This document shows positions 1-10,251 of a DNA stretch of 35,872 bases, one piece after another (position 1 is the stretch's first letter; every line of letters begins with the position of its first letter). Source of the stretch: a virus (lineage: Duplodnaviria > Heunggongvirae > Uroviricota > Caudoviricetes). A program made the translations under genes and the position numbers. The stretch spans positions 64,001-99,872 of the IMG/VR virus record IMGVR_UViG_3300036790_000265; one strand, 5' to 3'. The notes under the pieces were generated by a model. That model had not been told where the DNA came from and made no database searches. It saw nothing but the letters and a program-made list of their open reading frames with translations.

Positions 1-1117
1 CGATCATTTTGGTCACCGGGTCGCCGCTTCCTGCGACTTTCAGGCCCGAGCCGGTGGACTGGGCACCCATCAGCGTGATCGTCTGCCCGGCCGCGACCCG
101 CAACGGCTGGCACACCGGGACGCACACACCTTGCGAACACGGCCCCGACTGGACGGCCTTACCCCAGACGGTCGGGCCGCCGCCGATGCTGAACCCGGCG
201 CAGAACGCACCCGAGGAGGAGTTCGGCGCGAACGCCACCTGGCCGTAGCAGTAGTACGACCCGGGGACCGGGGCGACGTAGCTGCCTGAGGCGGTGCTGA
301 AGCCGTTGTAGTTGTCCACCGTGGGTGTGTCCAACGGCACCGGGGTCCCGCCGGACGAGAACGTTCCGGAGGCCATCGAGAACGTCCCGGCCCGGTACGT
401 GTAGCGCAGGATCGGGGGGTAGGCGAGGAACCGGATCGCGTCCCGCACGTTCGCGTCCCCGAACGCGGCGGTGATGTAGTCGGGTGGCACCGGCCACGGC
501 GGGTTCGGCGGCACCGGCAACGGCGCGGTGCCCGACAGGGCGCTGACCCACCGGATCGACATCCGCGGGACCAGGTTGCCGGACGGGCCGTCCAGGTTCA
601 CCGACGAGCCGCTGTACTGCGCAGCGCCCAGGCACACGGTGTCACCGCCGCCGATGCCCGGCGCGGCGGTGCGCTCGAGCTGGCACAGTTCGGCGGTGTA
701 GCAGCCGGGGTTTTTGCCGCTGGCGATGGCGGACTGCTCACCGGTCCACACGCTGACCCCGCCGGCCAGGCTTTGCCGGATCGCCGCCCCGAACGTCGCG
801 TTCGCTGTGGAGGTGTAGGCGTACGGGATGTACCCCTCGGCCAGGTGCCAGCCGGGCGCCTGGCAGTTGTAGAACGCCGGGTAGGTGGCGGTCCAGTGCC
901 CGCCCCAGGTGTCGAACACTTCGGTGTCGAGGCCGACCTCGAGAAGTGTCCCGCTGCCAGACACTGCGGGTGTGCCGGTGCAGTACCCCTCGAAACTCGG
1001 CCGGTTCGCGAGGAACAGGACGTCGTTGGTCATGTCGTCGCGGAGCTGGCCGACGAGCAGGGGCCCGTCCGCCCAGGTAGCCGGCGCGGGAAGGTTCGGG
1101 TATGGGGGGAAAGACAT
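1..1117 (-). CDS. Minor tail / tail-fibre-like protein (3' end outside window; missing from ORF track)
   Basis: Read by hand: GGAGGAG RBS, ATG at 1117 (MSFPPYPNLPAPATWADGPLLVGQLRDDMTNDVLFLANRP...), open to position 1. It lies directly after the large tail-tip gene and has an internal duplication (…VRDAIRFLAYPP). Confidence 0.8.
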   Translation of the reverse strand, partial: MSFPPYPNLPAPATWADGPLLVGQLRDDMTNDVLFLANRPSFEGYCTGTPAVSGSGTLLEVGLDTEVFDTWGGHWTATYPAFYNCQAPGWHLAEGYIPYAYTSTANATFGAAIRQSLAGGVSVWTGEQSAIASGKNPGCYTAELCQLERTAAPGIGGGDTVCLGAAQYSGSSVNLDGPSGNLVPRMSIRWVSALSGTAPLPVPPNPPWPVPPDYITAAFGDANVRDAIRFLAYPPILRYTYRAGTFSMASGTFSSGGTPVPLDTPTVDNYNGFSTASGSYVAPVPGSYYCYGQVAFAPNSSSGAFCAGFSIGGGPTVWGKAVQSGPCSQGVCVPVCQPLRVAAGQTITLMGAQSTGSGLKVAGSGDPVTKMI

Positions 1118-1163
1118 GCCCGCTCCTCCCTGGCCACAGATCGGGGTGAAGCGGGCGGTTGTT

Positions 1164-4100
1164 TTACCAGGCGAGCGGGTGCGTGCCGTCGAGTTGCCCC
1201 TTGACCGGGTCGCCGACCGTCAGCACGTTGCCTTCGGGGAACGAGTCGGTGACCACTTTCGCGGACGCTTTCCCGGCTCCGAAGTTGAACGTCTTCACGA
1301 CCTGGCACGCGACCGCTTGCACGGGCCCGACTGGTTCGCTGGCCGTGATCGGCCGGCGGATGAGCTGGCAGGGGTCTGCCGGGTTGACACCGAGAACGAA
1401 CGGCCAGTTCGCCGCGTTAGGGCCTGCGTCGACGGTTGCCTGCTCGGCGTGGTTGGACGGTTCACCGCGGGTGTTCACGATCCAGTTCGCCTGGTCTTCG
1501 ATCTGGTCGATGTCGTCTTGGTAGGCGGTGGCGGTGTAGATGACCGCCGAGTGCTGGTTGACGCTGGCCGAGTCCTGCGCGTTGACTGGTGTGCCCGACC
1601 CGATGGACGGGGTGAGTTGGGCGACGTTGTAGAGCTTGGTCTTGTCGTTCGCGATCGTCACATCGGCCAGGTAGGAGTACTCGCCGTCGTCCACGAGCTC
1701 GCCGAGCAGCCACATCGGGCCTCGCCCGTACTGGTCACCCCGGGACAGGTAGCACAGGACGCCGTTGCCGTCGACGTTGCACCAGCCGCTGTCGCTGGTG
1801 ACGATGTTCGTGATCGCCTGCGACCCGGCCTGCCCGCCGCCTTGGGTGATCACCCCGGACGCGGAGATCGACCCGGATTGGCCTTGGATGTCGCTGATCG
1901 GGGCCATGAGGGTGCTCGACTGGGTGGAGATGGCGCGTGGGCCGGCCCACCCGGTGTAGCCGGCGAGTCGTTCGATCCGCAGGTTCGGATCTTCTGGGAA
2001 CTGGCCGCCGATCGTGGTCGGGTATCCGGCGACGACGATCTGGTTGATCGCGTCTTGCGGTAGCAGGCCTGGGTAGACGCCGATGTCCTGGACTCCGGCG
2101 TTGCACATGCCGCCGGTGTACCAGCGGTCCGCTGATCCCAGGAAGGTGAGCCATTGCAGGTCAGCGGGCAGGTTGCAGGTCCCCGAAGCGCCGGTGAACG
2201 CGCCCGCGTCGATGATCACTTCCCATGTGGTCTGGGTGAGCAGGATCGTGATGTGGGTGTTGCCGCCTTCTTCCCAGTCGTAGGTGATGTTGACGGGGGT
2301 GTCGGTCGGCTGGCGGGTCACCCGGTCGTAGGTGCGGAAGTAGATGCCGCCTGTGTCGTAGCCGGACCGGTTGCCGAGGAACAGGGCGAACGCGTCACCG
2401 GTCGCGTTGTTGGAGCCTTTGGCGAGGTACAGGTTGAGGCCGGCGGGCTGCGCGCCGCTGGACGGGTTCTCCGGGTTGAACCAGCCCATGATCGTGATGC
2501 CGTCTGCCAGGGTCGGGTAGTTGTCGTCCTGGCACAGCAGGCAGTAGCCGAGGCTGCCGTTCGTCAGCCCGGTCTGCGCCCATGTGGTCGCGTCCGGGTC
2601 GCCCGGGTTGACGCCGCTGTTCTGCCCGAACCCGGCCGTGGCGCTCCCCGCGCCGCCTTTGGACTCGATCATCAGCAGCGTGTTGCTGTTACCGGGCGCA
2701 GCGTTCTGCGCCGCGGTCGCCCCGGACGCGTCGTCGCACGCCCACAACGCATACGGTGCGCGGGTCAGCATCTCCTCCTGCTGGCAGGAGTTGAGTTGGT
2801 TGGTCAACAGCGACCAGGCGTCGGCGAGCTGGATCTGGGCGACACCGCGGCGGGTGTCGGACGTCCACGCCTGCGGGATCCGGGAGACGTACTGGTTGAA
2901 CACTGAGTAGGTGCGGCCAAGCCAGGTCATCAGCATCCGGACCGGTGTGTCAGCGACCATCAGGCCGGCCCACGGGTTCGCAGGGGCGGTGTTTTCCGGG
3001 TCGAGGAAGCCGTCTTTGTTGTCCATGGTGAGGGTGACGGACCCGGCTTGCGGCTGCCCGAGTTCGTAAGGCTGGCCGTACGTGACGGTCAGGTCGGCGT
3101 CGCCGTTCAGCCGGGACGTCATATCCGTCCAGGTGATCTGATCCGGTGGCGTCGACGCGCCGCTGCCGAACCCGAACTGAAGTTGCGTCACCGGCCAGTT
3201 CGGGTTCGGTTGCGCGGGGCCGGTGTTGCTGACCAGGATCATCGCGACACAGCAGGACAGGTCCGATCCTTCGGTGACCGTCCAGGCGGCGGTGGCGTCC
3301 CCGGTGGATACCTGCCATCCGACAGAGGTCCAGTGGATGACCGGTGAGCCTTCGTCGATCCCGACACCAGGCAGCACTTCCCACCCGGGCCCGGCGCTGG
3401 CCGGCAACTGGGCGTTGTCGCTGGCGGCGACCGCGAGCAGCAACGCTTGCGACGTTGGGGTGCCCGGATCGGCGGTGATGCTGTCGGCGTCTGCGAGGCT
3501 GGCGGTGGCCACAGCCGGGATCCCGGCGTACGGGCTCATCCCTTCGACTTCGATCACCGTGACCCCGATCGCGGCCGGGTAGATCGGGCCGGGTTCACCG
3601 GTCGGGTACACGTATACGTGGCTGCCGCCTGGGACCGGGTTGTCCGGGCCGCCTCCGGGCCGCGCCCAGATCGCGCAGGTCGTGAGCCCGGACAAGGCAC
3701 TCGTGCCGTTCGGGATGCCGAGCGGTATCCAGTGCCCGTGCACGTCGTCGCAGACACCGAGCGTGCTTCCGGCGTAGGCGGCGAGCTGGGTTTGGGTGGC
3801 GTAGGCGATCAGCCAGTTCCCGTCAGCGGGCGCGACCTCGCAGTCCACCGAACCGATCGTTGAAGCACCGGGGACGAGGGATGTGCTGGTGATCGCCCTG
3901 CTGGCGGTCCACGACCCGACGACCTGGACGCCGCTGTTGTTGATCGCGGCCGGGCGGCCGGACATGGTGACGCCGCGGCGCAGCCGCCGTAGCAGGCTGA
4001 CCGGTTCGGTGACCGGACGGTCGAGCGTCTTCGTCTTGGCTGTGACGACACCAGTCCGCAACCCGGCCGTGACCGCGCCGGCACGCATCTTCCGCAGGGT

Positions 4101-6206
4101 CCGCGCGACCGGGTGGCCGAGGGTCCGTGCTGGTACAGAGGCCAGCGGCGCGCGGGCCCCGGCCATGACACCGGCCCGCACCTTCCGCAGCGTCCGGGCG
4201 ACTGGCCGGCCGAGGGACACCGCTGGCACGCTGGCCAGCGGCGTCCGCCTGGTCTCGGTGACACCCGGGCGGGTGCGGCGGTGCGGCATCGTCGAGGGCT
4301 GCTGGGCGCCCTGCGGCGGCACGAACGGCGGGATGACCGGAACTGCCGCGTTGCTGATGACGCCACGGCGGCGTTTGCGGCCGGGCGGGCTGGCAGCCGG
4401 CTGGCCACCAGCCGAAGGCAGAACCGGAGGCTGGATGACCGGTACAGCGGTACCCTGCACGGTTCCGCGTCGTGCGCGGCGGTGCGGGGCTGTGACCGGT
4501 TCACCTGGCGCGATGACCGGGACCGGCGGCGGCGGCGCGGTGTAGGGGGTGCCGGTCAGGGCTTGGACCTTGCCGCGGCGGCGGTAGAACAGGTCAGCCA
4601 GCCGGCGGACCGGGTTCTGCGGCGCGGTGACCAGTTCTGGGATCGCGCCGATGCGGATCGGCAGGATCACCGCTGACCAGCCAGGCGTCCCAGCGATCGT
4701 GGCCGACAGGGTAACCGGTGTGGCCGCGGTGGCCACGTAGAACGCGACCGCTGTCCATTCCTGGGTGCCGGTGCGGAACGGCGCGCACAGGGGCACCCAT
4801 CCGGACGCGTAGCCGATGGTCGCGCCGCCCTGGTTGCCGTACGACACGACACCGAGTACGACCTCACCAGGGCCGGCGAGTTGCCCGGACGTGACCGAAG
4901 GCGTGCCGCTGGTCCCTGACGCCGCAGCGACCGCGCCAGAGTCCACCGCGCCGGCACCAGGGATGCCGACCGCGACAGCGTTCTTGGATCCCGCGTTGGC
5001 CGAGTACGCGACGGCGATCGTGTCCCCGGCCGCGAGCAGCGCAGGTTGGAGGCAGTCGGCGAAGCTGGACGTCGGGTCACCAGCGACAGATTCGGTTGCC
5101 GCAACCACGTAGGTGTTGCCTACGGTGTCGGTGGTCCCGGTGGCGAGTACCGCGCCGCTTCCGCCGCCCGCGATGAAGATCGCGTCCCCGGGCCCGGGTG
5201 CGGTGGTGACCGGGACGTCGAGGACGCTCGATCCGGACGCCTCGGTGGCGGTGCCGATCAGGTAGGCCAGTACCGGCGGGTTACCGCGCTGCGACTGGAC
5301 CGTGCCCTGCCGTTTGCGCCTGTGCGGCGTCACCGAAGGCTGGTCGATCCCTTCGGGGGCGAGGGTGGCCAGCGGCGGCGGTTCGGGTGGCTGTATCTGG
5401 CTGACGCCCTGGCGGGTCCGCCGATGCGGCGTCGCGGCCGGCTGGTCGGTCCCCTCGGGGGCGACGGGCTGCAAAGGCGTCGCGGCAGGCGCGGGTTGCG
5501 GCTGGACAGCGCCGGGGCGCCTGCGGCGGTGCGGCATCGCGGCGGGCTGCTGACGGCCCTCCGGGGGCACGGTGAGCGGGAACGTCGCGACGACAGCGGC
5601 CCACACGGAACCGGAGGTGGTCGCGGCGGCCTCGACCGCTGCGTCGGTCGTGAAGATCGCGTCGATCTCGGACAGGTACGAACCCTGCAAGATCGTCTCT
5701 AGGTTGCCCCATGACGGGCTGGTGGGTGCGCCTCCGGTCGAGGTGTTCGCCAGGCCACCCACAGCGAGTTGCGGGGCGCTGTCGAGGGTGGGCGTGTACC
5801 CGGAGGCTGGTGACCCGCTGGGGTTGGCGTTGTTCGCGGTCTTGTCCGCGGTGGCGGACGCCACGCCGGTGCACGCGCGGGCGATGAACGACTTCGCGCC
5901 GCTGTTGCTCGCGTAACTGATCTTGATCCAGTCGGTGCCCGCGACCAGGGGCTTGGTGGTCATCGTGGTCAAGATCGCGACCGAGTTCGCGTTCGACCCG
6001 TTGTCCACCTGGACCGTGTAGACGTGCCCTTGCGAGTCGATCCCACCAGTCGGCAGGTTGCTGGAACCGCGGGCGACGACCCACACCATGTCCCCGGCAG
6101 CGGTGCCCTGCGGGCTGCCGATCGAACCGCTGCCGACCGTGACCTGGAGGTAGTTGTTGGTGGTGCTGGCGGTGCTGCCGTCGAGGACGTCATACGCAGC
6201 GGACAT
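1164..6206 (-). CDS. Large tail-tip/minor tail protein (1680 aa): beta-rich N-terminal domains, Arg/Pro-rich repeats, C-terminal tail hub with a probable LamG/concanavalin-like insert
   Basis: Long ORF two genes after the tape measure. The C-terminal ~680 aa begin NPNWPVTQLQFGFG...TWTDMTSRL, resembling actinophage minor tail proteins; YALWACDD...ITIMGWFN...HITILLT is LamG-like. Confidence 0.8.
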   Translation of the reverse strand: MSAAYDVLDGSTASTTNNYLQVTVGSGSIGSPQGTAAGDMVWVVARGSSNLPTGGIDSQGHVYTVQVDNGSNANSVAILTTMTTKPLVAGTDWIKISYASNSGAKSFIARACTGVASATADKTANNANPSGSPASGYTPTLDSAPQLAVGGLANTSTGGAPTSPSWGNLETILQGSYLSEIDAIFTTDAAVEAAATTSGSVWAAVVATFPLTVPPEGRQQPAAMPHRRRRPGAVQPQPAPAATPLQPVAPEGTDQPAATPHRRTRQGVSQIQPPEPPPLATLAPEGIDQPSVTPHRRKRQGTVQSQRGNPPVLAYLIGTATEASGSSVLDVPVTTAPGPGDAIFIAGGGSGAVLATGTTDTVGNTYVVAATESVAGDPTSSFADCLQPALLAAGDTIAVAYSANAGSKNAVAVGIPGAGAVDSGAVAAASGTSGTPSVTSGQLAGPGEVVLGVVSYGNQGGATIGYASGWVPLCAPFRTGTQEWTAVAFYVATAATPVTLSATIAGTPGWSAVILPIRIGAIPELVTAPQNPVRRLADLFYRRRGKVQALTGTPYTAPPPPVPVIAPGEPVTAPHRRARRGTVQGTAVPVIQPPVLPSAGGQPAASPPGRKRRRGVISNAAVPVIPPFVPPQGAQQPSTMPHRRTRPGVTETRRTPLASVPAVSLGRPVARTLRKVRAGVMAGARAPLASVPARTLGHPVARTLRKMRAGAVTAGLRTGVVTAKTKTLDRPVTEPVSLLRRLRRGVTMSGRPAAINNSGVQVVGSWTASRAITSTSLVPGASTIGSVDCEVAPADGNWLIAYATQTQLAAYAGSTLGVCDDVHGHWIPLGIPNGTSALSGLTTCAIWARPGGGPDNPVPGGSHVYVYPTGEPGPIYPAAIGVTVIEVEGMSPYAGIPAVATASLADADSITADPGTPTSQALLLAVAASDNAQLPASAGPGWEVLPGVGIDEGSPVIHWTSVGWQVSTGDATAAWTVTEGSDLSCCVAMILVSNTGPAQPNPNWPVTQLQFGFGSGASTPPDQITWTDMTSRLNGDADLTVTYGQPYELGQPQAGSVTLTMDNKDGFLDPENTAPANPWAGLMVADTPVRMLMTWLGRTYSVFNQYVSRIPQAWTSDTRRGVAQIQLADAWSLLTNQLNSCQQEEMLTRAPYALWACDDASGATAAQNAAPGNSNTLLMIESKGGAGSATAGFGQNSGVNPGDPDATTWAQTGLTNGSLGYCLLCQDDNYPTLADGITIMGWFNPENPSSGAQPAGLNLYLAKGSNNATGDAFALFLGNRSGYDTGGIYFRTYDRVTRQPTDTPVNITYDWEEGGNTHITILLTQTTWEVIIDAGAFTGASGTCNLPADLQWLTFLGSADRWYTGGMCNAGVQDIGVYPGLLPQDAINQIVVAGYPTTIGGQFPEDPNLRIERLAGYTGWAGPRAISTQSSTLMAPISDIQGQSGSISASGVITQGGGQAGSQAITNIVTSDSGWCNVDGNGVLCYLSRGDQYGRGPMWLLGELVDDGEYSYLADVTIANDKTKLYNVAQLTPSIGSGTPVNAQDSASVNQHSAVIYTATAYQDDIDQIEDQANWIVNTRGEPSNHAEQATVDAGPNAANWPFVLGVNPADPCQLIRRPITASEPVGPVQAVACQVVKTFNFGAGKASAKVVTDSFPEGNVLTVGDPVKGQLDGTHPLAW

Positions 6207-6253
6207 GACTCACCCCGTCCGCCGGTCCAGTCCTCACCTGCACTTCCTGCCGT

Positions 6254-6292
6254 GGTCCCCATGCACCCCCAGTCCGGAGGCGCAGGGGGACC
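6254..6292 (-). other. Intergenic stem-loop
   Basis: GGTCCCC/GGGGACC outer stem plus a 9-bp inner stem with G-U pairs, between the 163-aa gene and the tail-tip gene. Confidence 0.45.
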
Positions 6293-6301
6293 CGGCGGGG
6301 C

Positions 6302-6793
6302 TTACTCTGCGAAGTTGGCGGTCGTCGAGAACGCCATCCCAGAGCCGTAACCGGCCGCCGCCGAGTAGCAGATAGCGATCAGGGTCGAGGGGGCGCACGG
6401 GATCTCGAACGAGTCAGGGAACCACTCGCCCCACCCGGAACCGCCACCGGTGCCGATCGGCTGTTCCCACAGCTCGGCGCCCAGTGTCAGGCCTGTGATC
6501 GCCGCCGACGACGCCGACGTCCACGTGGACTTGGCCCCCAGCGTGTTACCGCCGAGCTGCTGCGGGGTCACGCTTGCGCCGCCGGCGAGGGTGCCGGTGA
6601 CGACGTACACGGCGCCCAGGATCGATCCGTTGTTCTGCGGGCTCGGGCTCGACACGGCCTGGCTGGCGACCCGCAGGCCGACGAGGTTGAAGTCAGCGGT
6701 TGAGGGAGCCGACCCGACCAGGACCGGGATCATGGACGTCGAGTTGAGGGTGACCGCACCGGACTTGACGAAGTAGGTACGCCTGCTGGCCAT
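6302..6793 (-). CDS. Small beta-rich virion protein (163 aa), probable tail-associated
   Basis: GGAG RBS before ATG 6793 (MASRRTYFVKSG...); Gly/Ser/Ala-rich beta-strand pattern; immediately after the tape measure. Confidence 0.75.
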   Translation of the reverse strand: MASRRTYFVKSGAVTLNSTSMIPVLVGSAPSTADFNLVGLRVASQAVSSPSPQNNGSILGAVYVVTGTLAGGASVTPQQLGGNTLGAKSTWTSASSAAITGLTLGAELWEQPIGTGGGSGWGEWFPDSFEIPCAPSTLIAICYSAAAGYGSGMAFSTTANFAE

Positions 6794-6885
6794 GTGCTCT
6801 CCAGGGTTGGTTGAGGGCACGCGGGCGCGCGCCAGTGATGGATGGGAGGGAGGCCCGCGCGCCCTGGCGCGGAGAAGTGGCGGTG

Positions 6886-9800
6886 CTAGTGGGCCGGGGT
6901 GGTCCCGGTGTTGGCGTTCAGCCGCCAGTACTGGAGGAGGAGTTTCTGCACGACCGGCGTGAGCAGGTTCACCAGTTCCTGCGGCGACCCGACGAACCCG
7001 CCGGGCACCTCGACCTTGAGGTTGACCTGCGTTGTGCCGCCGCCACCCGCGGCCGGGGCCGCGAGCGCAGCCACACCCGCGACACCAGGCAGGGACGCCA
7101 GCCGAGTACCCGACGACGGGGCGAACGCGCCTGTGGCCGCTTGGGCGAGACGTTGCGACGCGGAGACGACCAGGCTTCGGCCGTCGTTCATGGCGTTGAC
7201 CAGCCCAAGGACGATGTTCCGGCCGTGCTGGTAGAACACCCGCGACGGGGAGAAGATCCCCAGCACCTTCGAAAACGCCCCGGCTACGTCAGAGCCCAGG
7301 TGCTCGACACTGCTGACCGCCCCGCTGACCATCGACTCGACCCCGTGAATCAGCCCGAGGACCAGGTTCCGGCCTGCGTCGTACAGCATCGTGCCGAAGT
7401 CGGAAACCGCCCCACGGATCATGGAGGAGATTTCGCCGAGAAGCGCCTTACCGGTGGACAGCAGCTCGTGCCAGGCCGCTGACCAGTGCCCTTCTAGCAG
7501 GTCAACGAAGATCTCGAAGATGCCCGAGATCGTGGTCCAGGCCTCACGGATCGCACCGACGATGACGTCGAGGATGACCTCGACGGTCCCGCGCATCAGG
7601 TCCCAGGCCGCCTCGAACACCCCGGCGATGACGTCCCAGATTCCGCGCAGGAACCCGAACAGGCCGTCGAGTTCAGCGACGATGTACGTGACGATGAAGT
7701 GCAGGATCGGCAGGACGATTCCGCGGATGTGCTGCCACACGAACTCGAACGCGTGCTCGATCGCGGTCAGGTGAAGCAGTACCTCGGTGACAATGATCCC
7801 GAGCGGGCCGAGGAAGATCGCGGGCAGCAGCCGCCAGTTCTTTTCGATCCACCGGATTGCGGTATCGACGATCCGGGTGACGTCATGCCACAGATCTATC
7901 CAAAAATCCCTAAAAGCTTTGCAATGGTCCCAAAGCAGGATGAAACCGGCAACGAGGGCGGCGACAGCGACGATGACGAGCCCGATCGGGTTGAGCTCCA
8001 TCGCCACGTCGAGGCCTTCTTGCGCCTCAGTGGCCGCCTCGGTCGCTGCGGTCTGCGCCTCGGTCGCGGCGGTTTGCAGCTCCTCCGCTGCGGTCTGCGC
8101 CTCGGTCGCGGCGGTGGTCTTGACGAACAAGCCAGCCAGCCCGGACCAGGCCGATTGCAGCATCGACCAGGCGTTCTTGCCGACGTCACCGACCTTGGTG
8201 ATCATCTGCGAGAAGTCGGACGCCTCGTCCTTGCTGGACTGGAAGAACTTGATCACGTCGCCGCCGGTGTCGGCCATGTCCTTCAGGCCCTTGGTGGCGA
8301 ACGACAGGCCCTTGACCAGCGTCTTCTCTAGCGCGCCAGCGAGGAGGACCCCGACAACGACCGCGAGGGCTTTGCAGGCGATCGTGTGCCGGGCGATCAT
8401 CGACGCGAACGACGCCAGCCCGTGCATGACGACCGATACCGCGGGCAGAAGCGCTTGGCCGAAACTGACGGCCATCGCCTGAGCGGCTTTACCGGCCTGC
8501 CCCAACTGGAAATTGAAGTTCTTCTGGATCAGGCCCCAGTTGTTGACGTTCGAGCCGGCGTGCTGCGCGCTGTCGCCGACCGCTTTCACGTTGGCTGCGA
8601 AGACGCTCGCGTGGGCGCCGCCGAGCATCAGCGCTACCTGGGCGCTGGTAAGACCACCGGTCGCTTTCGACAACGCGGCGTTGAACGTCTGCGCGTCGCT
8701 TCCGCCTGCGTCGAGCTGGCTGTTGAACCCGTGCGCGGCGTTGGTCGTCGCGGCGAACTGCTTGAGCAGATTGACCTGCTCGGCGGGCAGCGACCCCTTG
8801 TACATGATCTGCTGCCACTGGGCGACGGAGATTTTGCCCTGCTGGTAGGCCTCAGCGAGCTTCGCCAGGGACGGCGGCATCGCCGCGATCTGCTCTTGCG
8901 CCGACTGGGCGGCGAGTTTGCTCTTGTTGAAGGCCGACAGCAGGACCGTCCCGGCCGGCCCCATGTGCTGGAGGATCGCCTGCTCAAGCTGCTGGAGCGT
9001 GCCGGTCAGGCCGTTTTTGCCCAGGTTCTTCGCCAGGTCGATGCTGTTGATCCCGAGCTGGCCGAGTTCCTGAGACTGGACCTCGGTCGGGTTCTGCAAC
9101 GACTGGATCGCGTGCCGCAGGTCGAGGCTGGCCTGCTGCGCGGACATGCCCTGGCTGGTCATCGTCGCGATCGCGCCGGTCACCTGCGCGAGGCTCAGCC
9201 CGGCCTTGGCCGCGACCGGCAACACCGTCGAGATCGACGACGCCAGGTCTTGCATGGTCATCTTGCCGCGGCCGACCGCGGTCACCAGTTCGTCGGTGAC
9301 AGCGGTCGCGGACCCGGCCTTGAGGCCGTAGGCATTCAACGCGCTGGTGACCGCGTTCGCGACGGTCGCCAGGTCGGCACCTTCGGCCTGGGCGCCTTCG
9401 GCGGCGGCCTTGAGGACGGTCAGCCCGTTCGCCCCGTGGAACCCGGCCGATTCGACGTAGTACATGCCGGAGGCGAGTTGCGACATGCTGGTGTTGGTCG
9501 CGACGGACATCTGCTCGATGCCCTGCGACACCATCGCCAGGTTCCGCTGGCTCTCGCCCGCGCTGGTCACCAGACGCGTCATGGACTGCTGGAAATTCGC
9601 GGCCATCTTGATCGAGATCGCGGCGCCAGCGACCAGCGCGAGACCGAGCAGGTGGAATTTGCCGCCTGCGGTTTCGGCCTTGTCCCCTGACTCTTCGGTC
9701 TTGTTCCCGGTGGTCTCGGCGGCGTCCCCAGCGGCGGTTTCGCTGGCCACGAACCGGCCGTTAGCGGCCCGCAGCCGGCCTTGGGCGTCGGTGTAGACAC

Positions 9801-10230
9801 CCGCTGCATCAGCGGCGCGGCCCAGCCCGGCGGCGGCCTCGTCGCTCGCTCCAGCGGTCGCCTGAAGCCCTTCAGCGGCGCCCGCTGCGGTGTCGGTGAT
9901 CCGCTGCTGGGCGTCCGCGACACCGGTCGCCGCGTCCGCGTTTTCCTTCGCGACCGCCGCCGCATCGGACTGGGCTTCTGTGACCCCAGCGATAGCGTCG
10001 GTTGCGATCTTGGCCGACTCGGCGATGGCGTCCGAGGATTCGGCGGCGACCTCTCCAGTCCGCGTGATCGCTTCGGCGAGGTTGTCCTCAGCGCCGGTGA
10101 CTTCTTCGAGGCCGGCGAGGAACTTTTCCGCGAACTCCTCACCAGCCGTGGCGCTTTCGTCCAGCCCGGACATGAGCGGGGCGTTCTGAAGCGACAGGAT
10201 GACGTACAGATCAGAGAGGGCGTCCGCCAT
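6886..10230 (-). CDS. Tape measure protein (1114 aa)
   Basis: Ala-rich helical protein with a TP901-type core (FQQSMTRLVTSAG...), hydrophobic periodic C-terminal repeats, and the expected position after the chaperone genes. Confidence 0.95.
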   Translation of the reverse strand: MADALSDLYVILSLQNAPLMSGLDESATAGEEFAEKFLAGLEEVTGAEDNLAEAITRTGEVAAESSDAIAESAKIATDAIAGVTEAQSDAAAVAKENADAATGVADAQQRITDTAAGAAEGLQATAGASDEAAAGLGRAADAAGVYTDAQGRLRAANGRFVASETAAGDAAETTGNKTEESGDKAETAGGKFHLLGLALVAGAAISIKMAANFQQSMTRLVTSAGESQRNLAMVSQGIEQMSVATNTSMSQLASGMYYVESAGFHGANGLTVLKAAAEGAQAEGADLATVANAVTSALNAYGLKAGSATAVTDELVTAVGRGKMTMQDLASSISTVLPVAAKAGLSLAQVTGAIATMTSQGMSAQQASLDLRHAIQSLQNPTEVQSQELGQLGINSIDLAKNLGKNGLTGTLQQLEQAILQHMGPAGTVLLSAFNKSKLAAQSAQEQIAAMPPSLAKLAEAYQQGKISVAQWQQIMYKGSLPAEQVNLLKQFAATTNAAHGFNSQLDAGGSDAQTFNAALSKATGGLTSAQVALMLGGAHASVFAANVKAVGDSAQHAGSNVNNWGLIQKNFNFQLGQAGKAAQAMAVSFGQALLPAVSVVMHGLASFASMIARHTIACKALAVVVGVLLAGALEKTLVKGLSFATKGLKDMADTGGDVIKFFQSSKDEASDFSQMITKVGDVGKNAWSMLQSAWSGLAGLFVKTTAATEAQTAAEELQTAATEAQTAATEAATEAQEGLDVAMELNPIGLVIVAVAALVAGFILLWDHCKAFRDFWIDLWHDVTRIVDTAIRWIEKNWRLLPAIFLGPLGIIVTEVLLHLTAIEHAFEFVWQHIRGIVLPILHFIVTYIVAELDGLFGFLRGIWDVIAGVFEAAWDLMRGTVEVILDVIVGAIREAWTTISGIFEIFVDLLEGHWSAAWHELLSTGKALLGEISSMIRGAVSDFGTMLYDAGRNLVLGLIHGVESMVSGAVSSVEHLGSDVAGAFSKVLGIFSPSRVFYQHGRNIVLGLVNAMNDGRSLVVSASQRLAQAATGAFAPSSGTRLASLPGVAGVAALAAPAAGGGGTTQVNLKVEVPGGFVGSPQELVNLLTPVVQKLLLQYWRLNANTGTTPAH

Positions 10231-10251
10231 GACCGGCCCCCTCGCGCAGGA

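Noticed and set aside
1-400. Possible DGR variable region in the tail-fibre-like gene
   Set aside because: No template repeat or reverse transcriptase is visible in the window, and the gene end lies outside it.
6825-6885. GC-rich alternative hairpins after the tape measure stop
   Set aside because: The pairings come from low-complexity GCGC runs and are not distinctive.
8020-8115. Repeated TAATEAQ units in the tape measure
   Set aside because: An ordinary heptad-like helical repeat of tape measure proteins.
9785-9805. GGTGTAGACACC palindrome resembling the 21812-21873 operators
   Set aside because: It is 2 bp shorter, isolated, and inside the tape measure coding sequence; likely chance.
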